43,219 nucleotides of DNA from Macrostomum lignano. Taxonomy: Eukaryota. Below, in pieces: positions 25,101-36,300 of the stretch. The position numbers and the translations under genes are program-made. The stretch covers positions 1-43,219 of the forward strand of contig NIVC01004529.1 in the NCBI GenBank assembly GCA_002269645.1, written 5' to 3'. The notes beneath the pieces are model-generated. The model was not told the origin of the DNA. It did not search any database and saw only the letters and a list, made by a program, of their open reading frames with translations. Every line of letters starts with the position of its first letter. The stretch's first letter is position 1.

Positions 25101-28013
25101 AGGCATTCTTGCTGCTCTCCAGTTGCTCTGCGTCGGTATGAAGCACAAAGCAGATAAATTATATTTCTGATGAAGATACTTAACATCAACATATTCCCTT
25201 TTATTTCTGTTGCCTTCGAACTTCAGAACTCACCGAAGTATTCTTCCTCGCCTATCGCACCGGCCGCTTTGAGCAGCTGATAGACTTTGTCAGCCTCGGC
25301 TATGCCAGACAGGGTCTTCACCTCGGCTAGCAGAGGCTTCGGCACCTTCTGCGACGTATCCTTAGTGCGCAGGTTCGGCTTGTCTAGCGAAGCGGGACGG
25401 TTAAATTTGTTCGAGCTTTGCAGTGAGCTGCCATCCCCTTAACAACCCGTAGATCCTGTAATATTTGTTTTCCTTTGGGAACGCCTAGAGATTGTAGTGG
25501 CTGTTCCTCTTTGAGAACAACTAAACCTGCAGTGGCTGTCCTCCATTTGAGAACCTCAAGACCCTACCCTGCAGTGGCTGTTCCTCTTTGAGAACAACTA
25601 GACCCCACCCTGCAGTGGTTGTTCCTCTTTGAGAACAACTAGACCCCACCCTGCAGTGGCTGTTCCTCTTTGAGAACAACTAGACCCCACCCTGCAGTGG
25701 CTGTCCCTTTTTTCAGAACTCTGGACTAAAGTACTGCTTGAACTCATGAGCTGTATAGCTAATTGAAATAGGGTATTTAACTCATAAACCTGAATGCAAC
25801 GCCCTGTATCCAGGTTGCTACAACGAGCGCCCCATCTCACCGGACTTCAGAGCCAGCATCTGCTTCACCCGCTTGACGTCGCAGGCGAGCGCAGCGCAGA
25901 CCAGCTCATTAGTGCTGGTGTACTTTTTCAACAGCTCAACAATCTCGTAGTTTCCCGTCTCGAAAGCCAAATCCATCAGGGTCTTGCGTCGTCGTCGACA
26001 CTCGGTTCGAACCCAGGACGTCAGGTAGCGAATCATTAACTCTTTGTCCTCTCGAGCAACTATTGATTGTTTATTTTACAAGCATGCGAGTGATAGATAG
26101 AAGCTGTAATTGATGTCCTAAGTAAAGTAAATTACTAGCTTGAAATGCACCTCTGTCCGATATGAAAGTACATGTTTCTACAGATAAAACTACCCGTATA
26201 ATTTAGGTAGATAAGTTAAAACCGATTTTGAGACTAGAAGATCTTTTTGAGAGCATTCAAACAAAATTAAGTCAAATAAAGCTATATTTATAGCATTCAA
26301 AAATGCAGAACACAGGTTTTTTCTGTAATTAATGAGCCTGTAATCCTGAGCTGAAAATGCGAGAATTCGATCACGTGACAGAAACCCGAAAGGAAAAAAC
26401 TGTGCGCGCTCGCGACCGTGAGTGGTGGTGACTGCCAGATTCGAAAAGCTGCGTGCATGATTAGCATAAATAATGAGCAACCTTCCTTTCAGTGGGGCAT
26501 GCGGTTCGGTGACAGACAGTGTGTGAGCACAGAAACGAAAAGACAGAAATGAAAAAACAAACAATACAATGAAATAGAGTCAAACAAACGTCAGTCGAAG
26601 AGTTCAATATAAATTTTCCTGTGATCAGTTTTGCAAATCAACAATAAATTACACCATTTTTACCTGCATACCAGATGCCGTCGCAGACTTGAATAAAAGT
26701 TTTTTAGGATTAATTTCAGTGTTTTGGACTTATAAAATACATGTTTAAATGTGCTGTTTGAATTTAAAGTCGTTATTCTGCTCTTGATCAATATTAAAAT
26801 TAAATTTTTATAGGAATTCACTTATTTATTGCGGAATAATGATGCGGCTCGATCAGCGTCTCTTCCGGTGACGTCACTCACCTGCGCTCCACAGGCTGCA
26901 CTTTGCACCTTTCTGACCTCGCACCAGCCAGGCCTTGTGCTGAGCGTTGTCGTGGATGACCCGCGAGTTCATCTCGTTCGTGATGCCCGGGTCGATGCCT
27001 GATTGGTTGGAGGTGTTTCAGATGCACTCTTTCAGCCTTTGACTTCGTGCGCATTTAATTGACTTTTGCAAACGTTACGAGTAGCTAACGGACTTGTACG
27101 GACTGCATTGATGCCGCGTAATGGATTCATACAGACTTAAACGTGTACTCAGATGAGTACCACCGATTCTAATATTTACTTTCATATATCCCACAGGCTC
27201 TACCAGACTTCACGAGTGTCTAACAGACTCTTAGACTTTGCCTATATCTAACAGACTCTTACAGACTTTACCTATATCTAACAGACTCTTACAAACTTTA
27301 CCTATATCTAACAGACTCTTACAGATTTTACCTATATCTAACAGACTCTTACAGACTTTACCTATACCTAACAGACTCTTACAGACTTTACCTATATCTA
27401 ACAGACTCTTACAGACTTTACCTATATCTAACAGACTCTTACAGATTTTACTTATATCTAACAGACTCTTACAGACTTTACCTATACCTAACAGACTCTT
27501 ACAGACTTTACCTATATATAACAGACTCTTACAGACTTTACCTATATATAACAGACTCTTACAGACTTTACCTAAACCTGACATCCTTTTACAGACATGA
27601 AAACAGGCATATTAAGCAGTAAAGCAGTCAGAACCAATCGTTCAAAGAGATAGATAAGAAAACTGCAATAACTGGCGCGCACCCAGTCGGATCAGGTGTT
27701 GCACCAGCCGGTCGCCCAGCGGCCTGAAGCAGGCGGTGTGCAGCGCCGTGTTGCCCACTCGATTCTGCGCGTTCACGTCGCAGCCACGAAGTGCCAGCTT
27801 GTACAGCAGCGGCACCGCCGGCCGGACGTCGCCGCCGCACCTGCCGGCCAGAGCCTTTAGATTTAGCACCACCAAGTGCAGGTAGCTGTTCTGCTGATCG
27901 GTGGATCGACGCCGAACCTCGGTGAGCTCGAGCTCGTCAAGCAGGCTGAGGGCTCGCGCGTAGTTCGCCCGGCTGGGATTGCAGATGAGGCGGTAGAGCT
28001 CTGTGTCCTCCAT
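22138..28013 (-). CDS. Multi-exon ankyrin-repeat protein (~929 aa) with an internally duplicated module
   Basis: Phase-consistent GT-AG model: 28013-27683, 26998-26882, 26059-25841, 25437-25234, 25127-24953, 24866-24321, 24142(or 24175)-23215, 22481-22389, 22314-22138 (TGA). Ankyrin motifs include DVNAQNRVGNTALH, DVHARNNKGETVL, RDELGRTILHAAV, GANVAARDMRGWTP, DRRGRNLLHMAV, DNLLRTPVHYAV. The exon 4 and exon 7 acceptors are less certain. Confidence 0.85.
22622..23132 (-). mobile_element. tRNA-derived CORE-SINE in an ankyrin-gene intron
   Basis: Minus strand shows A box TAGCCTGGTGG (23123-23113), B box GGTTCGATTC (23079-23070), CORE-like GTGTCCTTGAGCAAG..ACACTTAACTCTG..TTCAGT..TGTAAAATGGG, and a (TTA)n tail. 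Confidence 0.78.
22667..22980. repeat. 13 copies of TTCAGTCCAAGGCCT(G)n with long variable G runs
   Basis: Counted in sequence; lies within the 3' part of the SINE. Confidence 0.92.
25490..25710. repeat. ~41-bp tandem repeat (4-5 copies), intronic
   Basis: Unit CCTGCAGTGGCTGTTCCTCTTTGAGAACAACTAGACCCCAC. Confidence 0.85.
27222..27585. repeat. 30-bp tandem repeat (~12 copies), ankyrin intron 1
   Basis: Unit CCTATATCTAACAGACTCTTACAGACTTTA. Confidence 0.93.
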
Positions 28014-28568
28014 GGTACACGACAGGCTCGAGAGCGTCTTGTCTGTGTCGTCTGTCTGCCCGTCTCTCCCTCTCTCTCTCGCCCTGTGTTTTGTGAGCCT
28101 TGGAAAGGTGTGGGGAGGCCCTTGGCAACCAAAATTGCTTAAAGATTTGCTCAAAAGAAGAGTACGAGATAGCGGGCTGGTGGTGGGGGTGGGCTGGACT
28201 GGCTTGTGCTCACGGCGACTGGGAGAGAGGGTTGAGCTGGGAAGGAGGAGAAGGCTGAGGCACTCCTGATGTTGCACTGAAATTTCTTCCTTGCTTGTGC
28301 ATCTCTGCTTTGTTAAAAAATGCTCATCTGCCCCCCTGCCTCCCCTGTCTCTCTGCCTGCTCTGCAGCTTGGCTTTTGAAAATGTGTAGAAATTTCACTA
28401 TTGCTGCAGGGAGGGTGGCTGAGTACTGTGGGTAGTGGGGGAGGGGATAGATATAGGCGTCAATATCGTACAGGTGGGCCGGTGGAGTGCGGGGGGGGGG
28501 GTCTGCTGCGAGTACCCGACAACCACTGCTATGGTTTTTATCAGAAATGAAAGGAGGGAGAGAACTGC

Positions 28569-28570
<2 letters not shown>

Positions 28571-28614
<44 letters not shown>
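28571..28614. repeat. (GT)n microsatellite
   Basis: About 22 GT units. Confidence 0.97.
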
Positions 28615-28617
<3 letters not shown>

Positions 28618-29115
28618 TGTTGCAAGGGGCGTGCGAGAGGAAGACAACGAGCTAACGAGAAATGAACAAAGCGAGACTACAATTATTGTACTACTACGAT
28701 TCGATTAAAACTACGCTCAATATTGGCGACCAATAAAATTAGCTGAAAATATCCGAAGCTTCTACTAAAAGTAGTTGATTTCTTGAAAAACTAATTTCTG
28801 TTCTCCTCTGCATGTAAAATGTTGAATAATATGACTTCGTATTACATAACTTTGCATGTTAATATTTGTTAAAATTGAACCATTTTTATCTCGAATTCGA
28901 ACTGGAACTGTGTCGATTCTTGATAATTTTTCACCTGCTATCTGGCTGTCAATCACCCCGTGAGGCGTCTGCAGATTTCGAGGTCAAAAGCATTTTCGGG
29001 TTCAGTTTTTGTAGCTGAGCTTGTTCCGATATTCACGTTTGGGGAAGACGATAACAGAAGATTGAAAGAATCAGCTGGAGCCCACTGAACCGTGAGAATT
29101 CTGAGCTAGACAGAA

Positions 29116-29465
29116 AGCACTGACAGACACTGACAGACACTGACAGACACTGACAGACACTGGCAGACACTGACAGACACTGACAGACACTGGCAGACAC
29201 TGGCAGACACTGACAGACACTGACAGACACTGAAAGACACTGACAGACACTGACAGACATTGACAGACACTGACAGACACTGACAGACATTGACAGACAC
29301 TGACAGACACTGACAGACACTGACAGACACTGACAGACACTGACAGACACTGACAGACATTGAAAGACACTTATAGACACTGACAGACACTGATAGACAC
29401 TGACATACACTGACAGACACTGTAATCAACTGACAGACGACACTGGCAGACAGACACTGACACAA
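29116..29465. repeat. 10-bp satellite ACTGACAGAC (~35 copies)
   Basis: Direct inspection. Confidence 0.95.
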
Positions 29466-29472
29466 TGACAAA

Positions 29473-31317
29473 CTAGATGAGGTTAGATGGGGCTAGATGG
29501 GGCTAGATGGGGCTAGATGGGGCTAAATGGGGATAGATGGGGCTAGATGGGGCTAAATGGGGATAGATGGGGCTAGATGGGGTTAGATGGGGCTAGATGG
29601 GGCTAGATGGTGATAAATGGGGTTGATGGGGCTAGATGGGGATAAATGGGGCTAGATAGAGATAGATGGGGCTAGATGGTGCTAGATGAGGCTAGATGGG
29701 GCTAGATGGGGCTAGATGGGGCTAGATGGTGCTAAATGGGGATAAATGGGGCTAGATGGAGATAGATGGGGCTAGATGGTGCTAGATGAGGCTAGATGGG
29801 GCTAGATGGGGTTAGATGGTGATAAATAGGGTTGATGGGGCTAAATGGGGATAAATGGGGCTAGATGGAGATAGATGGGGCTAGATGGTGCTAGATGAGG
29901 CTACATGGGGCTAGATGGGGCTAGATGGTGCTAAATGGGGATAAATGGGGCTAGATGGAGATAGATGGGGCTAGATGGGGCTAGATGGGGTGAGATGGGG
30001 CTAGATGGGGCTAGATGGGGTTAGATGGTGATAAATGGGGTTGATGGGGCTAGATGGGGCTAGATGGTGATAAATGGGGTTGATGGGGCTAGATGGGGTT
30101 AGATGGTGATAAATGGGGTTGATGGGGCTAGATGGGGTTAGATGGTGATAAATAGGGTTGATGGGGCTAGATGGGGCTAGATGGTGATAAATGGGGTTGA
30201 TGGGGCTAGATGGGGCTAGATGGGGCTAGATGGTGATAAATGGGGTTGATGGGGCTAGATGGGGTTAGATGGTGATAAATGGGGTTGATGGGGCTAGATG
30301 GGGTTAGATGGTGATAAATGGGGTTGATGGGGCTAGATGGGGCTAGATGGTGATAAATGGGGTTGATGGGGCTAGATGGGGCTAGATGGGGCTAGATGGT
30401 GATAAATGGGGTTGATGGGGCTAGATGGGGTTAGATGGTGATAAATGGGGTTGATGGGGCTAGATGGGGCTAGATGGTGATAAATGGGGTTGATGGGGCT
30501 AGATGGGGCTAGATGGGGCTAGATGGTGATAAATGGGGTTGATGGGGCTAGATGGGGTTAGATGGTGATAAATGGGGTTGATGGGGCTAGATGGGGCTAG
30601 ATGGTGATAAATGGGGTTGATGGGGCTAGATGGGGTTAGATGGTGATAAATGGGGTTGATGGGGCTAGATGGGGCTAGATGGTGATAAATGGGGTTGATG
30701 GGGCTAGATGGGGCTAGATGGTGATAAATGGGGTTGATGGGGCTAGATGGGGCTAGATGGGGCTAGATGGTGATAAATAGGGTTGATGGGGCTAGATGGG
30801 GCTAGATGGTGATAAATGGGGTTGATGGGGCTAGATGGGGCTAGATGGTGATAAATGGGGTTGATGGGGCTAGATGGGGCTAGATGGTGATAAATGGGGT
30901 TGATGGGGCTAGATGGGGCTAGATGGTGATAAATGGGGTTGATGGGGCTAGATGGGGCTAGATGGTGATAAATGGGGTTGATGGGGCTAGATGGGGTTAG
31001 ATGGTGATAAATGGGGTTGATGGGGCTAGATGGGGCTAGATGGTGATAAATGGGGTTGATGGGGCTAGATGGGGTTAGATGGTGATAAATGGGGTTGATG
31101 GGGCTAGATGGGGCTAGATGGTGATAAATGGGGTTGATGGGGCTAGATGGGGCTAGATGGTGATAAATGGGGTTGATGGGGCTAGATGGGGTTAGATGGT
31201 GATAAATGGGGTTGATGGGGCTAGATGGGGCTAGATGGTGATAAATGGGGTTGATGGGGCTAGATGGGGCTAGATGGTGATAAATGGGGTTGATGGGGCT
31301 AGATGGGGTTAGATGAT
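29473..31317. repeat. G-rich 10-bp satellite GCTAGATGGG with higher-order repeats
   Basis: Monomer variants GGGGCTAGAT, GGGGTTAGAT, GGTGATAAAT and the 9-bp GGGGTTGAT, recurring as ~39/49-bp higher-order blocks over ~1.85 kb. Confidence 0.95.
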
Positions 31318-32240
31318 CGAGGCTGAAAAAATCAATCTAGCAATAAAACAGACAATTTATGTAAAATATTAATAGATGATAATTTACTCTGTGTTTCCAA
31401 TAAAGACCTATAGAAGCATTTTTCGTGAGAAGCTAATTTGTAAACAGTTTCTTAGAAACGAAATGTTTCGTCCTTCTGCTACTCCAAGTCGTCCCTTCGT
31501 TAATAATTGAGCTCCAATGCAAGAACACTTCTTTCACACTTGTTAACCTAGACGGCAGCGGCTCCTGATCTCAATACAACATGCTAGGTGGTGCTCAAGG
31601 CATCTATTCAGATTGCTCCAGCTATCTAATCTAGAAACCTTATTTGTCCATGAAGTTGCCGCTAGCGTGTGCAGCTTGTGAGAAATCTGCTTTGCTACTC
31701 AGGACTCTGCCTCTATCGGGCAGAATCAACTCGAGTACATGCGCAGGGCCTGAAACAGCAGGAAAGAAGAGGTAAAAAGCGGTCTGATAAATCAAACCTA
31801 TTTCACAAGAGCCGGAAACTCTGAGAAGCAACAGAGAATAATAGCGCTTCTGTTTTGATATCGGCACTGAGAAAGAACTCAAGAAGTACAAAGAAAAACT
31901 ATCAGGAAAATTGCAGTAGGCAAGATTTCCGTTGCTTCACACAAGTGCACACAATTCTCCAGTGTCACCTTTGGCCTCTAAAGCAGAGTTCTGCCCCCCC
32001 CCCCACCGGGGTGGCGGTCATTCAGGTTACTGAAGTCTTATCGAGTTCCCCACAGCAGTTTATCAGCACCCCGTGTGAGCTGAGTAGCTGGCCGCTCAGT
32101 CCTCACCCACACGCCGTGCCCTCGGTAAAACCCGCAGCGCCACAGGCTGTTTGCACAAGCTGAGACCCGCCGCCTGCTCTGCTCCCGCTTGCCTTGTCTT
32201 CAGTTCTGTCAAAGTCAAGTGTTGAGAAGCCCCGAAAGAC

Positions 32241-32627
32241 ATGCGGCTGATCCCGTTGCTAAGCCTGTCGCTAATCCTTGCAATCGGAGGCGCTCGGGCC
32301 AGCTGGCCAGCCAATCACATCAACAGCCTGTCCGACATCCGCTGCCGCCAATGGTGCACCTTCCGGTTTCACTCGGGCTCGCGTCGCGTGTTTGTCGGTC
32401 CCGACGCCGAGCTGCGGCCGTTTCTTGTCAGCAACTATGTCAAGCGAATGCAGGACAGGCATCGGGCCGAGCTGACAGCCGAGATGAGCGACAACATGCG
32501 CCGGTTCCGCGAGTACTACTCGAGCCAGCGGGCGGGTGGCACGCTCCGCGAGTCCGGTGACAGCACCCTGGGCTGGTTCAACCTGTACCACGATTACCTG
32601 CACTGTCTGCGGGACTGCTTCGACTGA
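32241..32627 (+). CDS. Small secreted protein of unknown family (128 aa; CRQWC ... CLRDC)
   Basis: Clear signal peptide MRLIPLLSLSLILAIGGARA, GC3-rich codons like the other genes, and four Cys as two CX3C motifs at opposite ends of the mature chain. Confidence 0.78.
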   Translation: MRLIPLLSLSLILAIGGARASWPANHINSLSDIRCRQWCTFRFHSGSRRVFVGPDAELRPFLVSNYVKRMQDRHRAELTAEMSDNMRRFREYYSSQRAGGTLRESGDSTLGWFNLYHDYLHCLRDCFD

Positions 32628-32696
32628 GCGGTGTGGCTGCGCACCCTAACCTGCTGGGGACCGGCAGCGAGGCAGAGAAAATCTCAAATGCAACGT

Positions 32697-33051
<355 letters not shown>

Positions 33052-33311
33052 CTGCTTGACTTGTACTGGCGGTTGGCTAAAAAAACCAACAGCCATGTAC
33101 TTTCCGCAAAATCCAGTCAGACATTTTCCCCAACTCGCTGCCATTCCCACAGAGGCTCAGAGGTCCATGGACAAAGCCAGAGTCACACGCGCATGTATTC
33201 AAGTACATAGCAGTCTAAAGAATTGCGTGAATTATGAAGAGTCGCCCAGAAAATTCTTTGTTCTTTTACTGCATTGATTGGGGCAAAGTGTCTGGCCATC
33301 ACAGAGGGAAC

Positions 33312-36300
33312 ACTACTAAGGGATTCCGTAAGGCGCGATTTTGGAGGTGGGGTGGGTGTCAACCCTCCTCGCCTCTCATTGGCTGGCGCCCCGATCACTA
33401 GGTGATCGATACCCGTATCGATATCGGCGACTCGAACCCGCGACCCTCCCCAGCCGCAGGCGCACCTACCGATATTAGATCCCAATAAATCAATCAGATC
33501 CCAAATCAATCAGATCCCAAATCAATCAGATCCCAAGCGCACCCTCCCGAGCCGCAGGCGCCCATGCAGCAGGCGCCCATGCCGCAGGCACCCCGAGTGT
33601 ACACTCTCCCGATATGTGTGTACACCGATATGTAGTCATCGATACGGGCCTCTTCCCCTCTCTCACCTACATCTCAACTAGCGAAATCGAACCCAGGTCG
33701 CGCCCATACTAGGACACTACACGGTTGTGGGGTATAGGGAGCGAGAAGTTTCAACCCTAACGCTGACGCAGCCCTGTACAGTGAGAGTGTACGGGCAGAG
33801 AGGGGTGGGGCGGACAGAGAACCAGCCACTAGGTTGTTATACTGTTGAAGCATAGGGAGCGAGAAGTTTTAACCCCGATGCTGACGCAGCCCTGTACACT
33901 GAGCGTGTACGGGCAGAGGGTGGGTGGAAAGAGATGTGAATAACACAGCCTGCTGCAGGAGCCGGATAGAGAGGCGCATGCTAGGACAGAGAGGTAGTGT
34001 GAGTCACACACACCCCACAGAGAAAGCCATACAGAGGATAGAGAGCTCCCTCCCCAGTTGCAGGGGACAGAGAGGCAGGCAGGGTATGCAGGGGCATGCG
34101 AACCGTCAAGGGGCCACGCGAGGATAGAGTGGAGGAGCAGAGATGTGTTTGGACAGAGAGCCAGCCACGTGTGCGTAGTGTGAGGGAACAGAAACATATG
34201 GAGCAGGAGGGAGATAGGAAGCAAACGCGCAGGGTAAGGGAGCCATGCAGCAGGGAGCAGTGTACAGTGAGACACGGGCAGGGGTGGAGCCGTGCGTGGA
34301 CAGAGCTGAACGGCACGGTCAGCTGCAGGAATAAGATGATAGAGAGGCGCGGAGGGGACAGAGAGCAGTGTGCAGGGTAGGCAGCCACGCAGGCTGGGGA
34401 ACAGAGAGGCGCGTGTCAGCCAGTTACAGCCCGGGACAGAGAAGTATGAAGGGGGCCTGGGACAGAGAAGTATGAAGGGGGGCCTGGGACAGAGTTGCGA
34501 GCAAGGCACAGAGAGAGGTAGGGTCCGGTAGCTATGTATAGGCAGGGACCCACGCGAGGGCAGGACAGGGCATGCAAGGCATGCAAATTACATGCAAGGG
34601 CAGTGAGGTGTGCGCGGAGGGAGACAGAGAGCAGTGTGTAGGGGTAGGTAACAGCAAACTTTAGTAGAGGCGCGTGCGGGGACGGAGAAACCAGTCTGAG
34701 CGTACAGAGACGTTACAGAGAGGTACACAAACAGAGACCAAAGCGGGCAGAGCACGTGTAGGGACAGAGACGTGAGGGAGAATAGACCAAAACACGCTAT
34801 GTATTTTCAAAAGTTGGTTTTAGTGCAGCATATTTAATAGCGGGTAGTATAATAGTATGTACATAGTAGGTATAATGGTAGTAATAATAGTAAGTATATT
34901 AGCCCAAAAGGTAGGCTAAAACAGGCTAAACTGTGTGTACGCATCCTCATCACCCCACAAGCCCCCTCTCCCGCCAGACTCACTCTTCCATACCCTCCTG
35001 TATTGCTGTATGAAGGAAAATATAGTGTAAAAATACAGATCTTAACCGTCAGACCGCTGAAATCAGGGCACACTAGAGGGGTTTCGGGGTCTGCATGCTC
35101 TATGTAAGCTGTTTCAATTATGTTTTGAAAAAACTAGGGGCTTAAATACAACGTTTTATTCAAAAAGTAGGTTATTTTAATGAAATAGCTGACACAATCA
35201 TTGTCGAGAGTAGAAATTTTTATAAGAAACCAGGCATTTTAGCAAAAATAAACCTTCAAACCACATAAAATTGAATAAAAAGCAGACATTTTCAATTATA
35301 AACCGCAAGTATTTTAATAGAAAAGTAAGCAAACAAGGCACAAAACCAGCAAATTTTACCTTTTTATTTTAATGTTACTGATAAGGTAGAGAGTAGAAAC
35401 TTGTGAGCTGTACGGAGTTAGAAAGTATTAACCATTATGTATCGTATGAATTATTAGTTCAGTACCAGCCATTGGTCAAGCGAGCATTTATGAAGTTATT
35501 ACGAGTGATGAAGGGATAGAGAGCTATATACAGGAAGACAGTATCCTTCTAAACCACCACGAACAGATTGCTAATAGAGATAAGCTTTGTCTGTGTGCAG
35601 TATGAGTAAGCGAAGGCGGGGCAAATACTTTTCCACATGCCGGACAGAACAGTATTGTGCTAGGATTTCTCTCGAAATCACGGTACGTTACTAGTTTTTA
35701 TCACACCATCCAGATGCGTCAACTAGTCAGCAGTAGTCATTTATATGTTATTAGAACTTACAAACCCAGGTCAAGTAAATATTACAAAGAGTATATTACG
35801 TACACACGCCAACTCCGAATACCAAGCCATACTAGTCTACTTGCAGTGCTCCTGGAGGGAAGGGACGGCGGGGTGTACACCCGGCAGGGTGGGCGTCCAG
35901 CGAGTGTACATCTGACAGGATGGGTGTTCAGCAAGTATACATCTGACAGGGTGGGCGTTCAGCAAGTGTACCTTCAGCGTCGAGTAGGTGTACACCCGTC
36001 AGTGGGGAACTCCACCCCTCCCACCAATGTCGTGTGCATGCGGTTAGTCAGTATAGTGGTGGGGTAGACGGTGCAGGAAGGAAACCCAGATGCTGACGCT
36101 GCCCTGTACAGCGAGCAACCAGCCCCCTGTAGCAGGAGGGGGACAGAGAGTGCGTGGAGGCAGTAGGAGATAGAGGACGCTACCCGGCATGTCGCAGCAC
36201 GCGGCGCGGGACAGAGGCAGTGTGTAAGTCACCCCCGCGGAGAGAGCTCCCCTGGCAGGAGGCGCGGGACAGAGAGGCGGTGAATCACACCCCACGGAGA

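Noticed and set aside
29473-31317. Interstitial telomeric array
   Set aside because: The unit is GCTAGATGGG-based, not TTAGGG or a recognised invertebrate telomere repeat.
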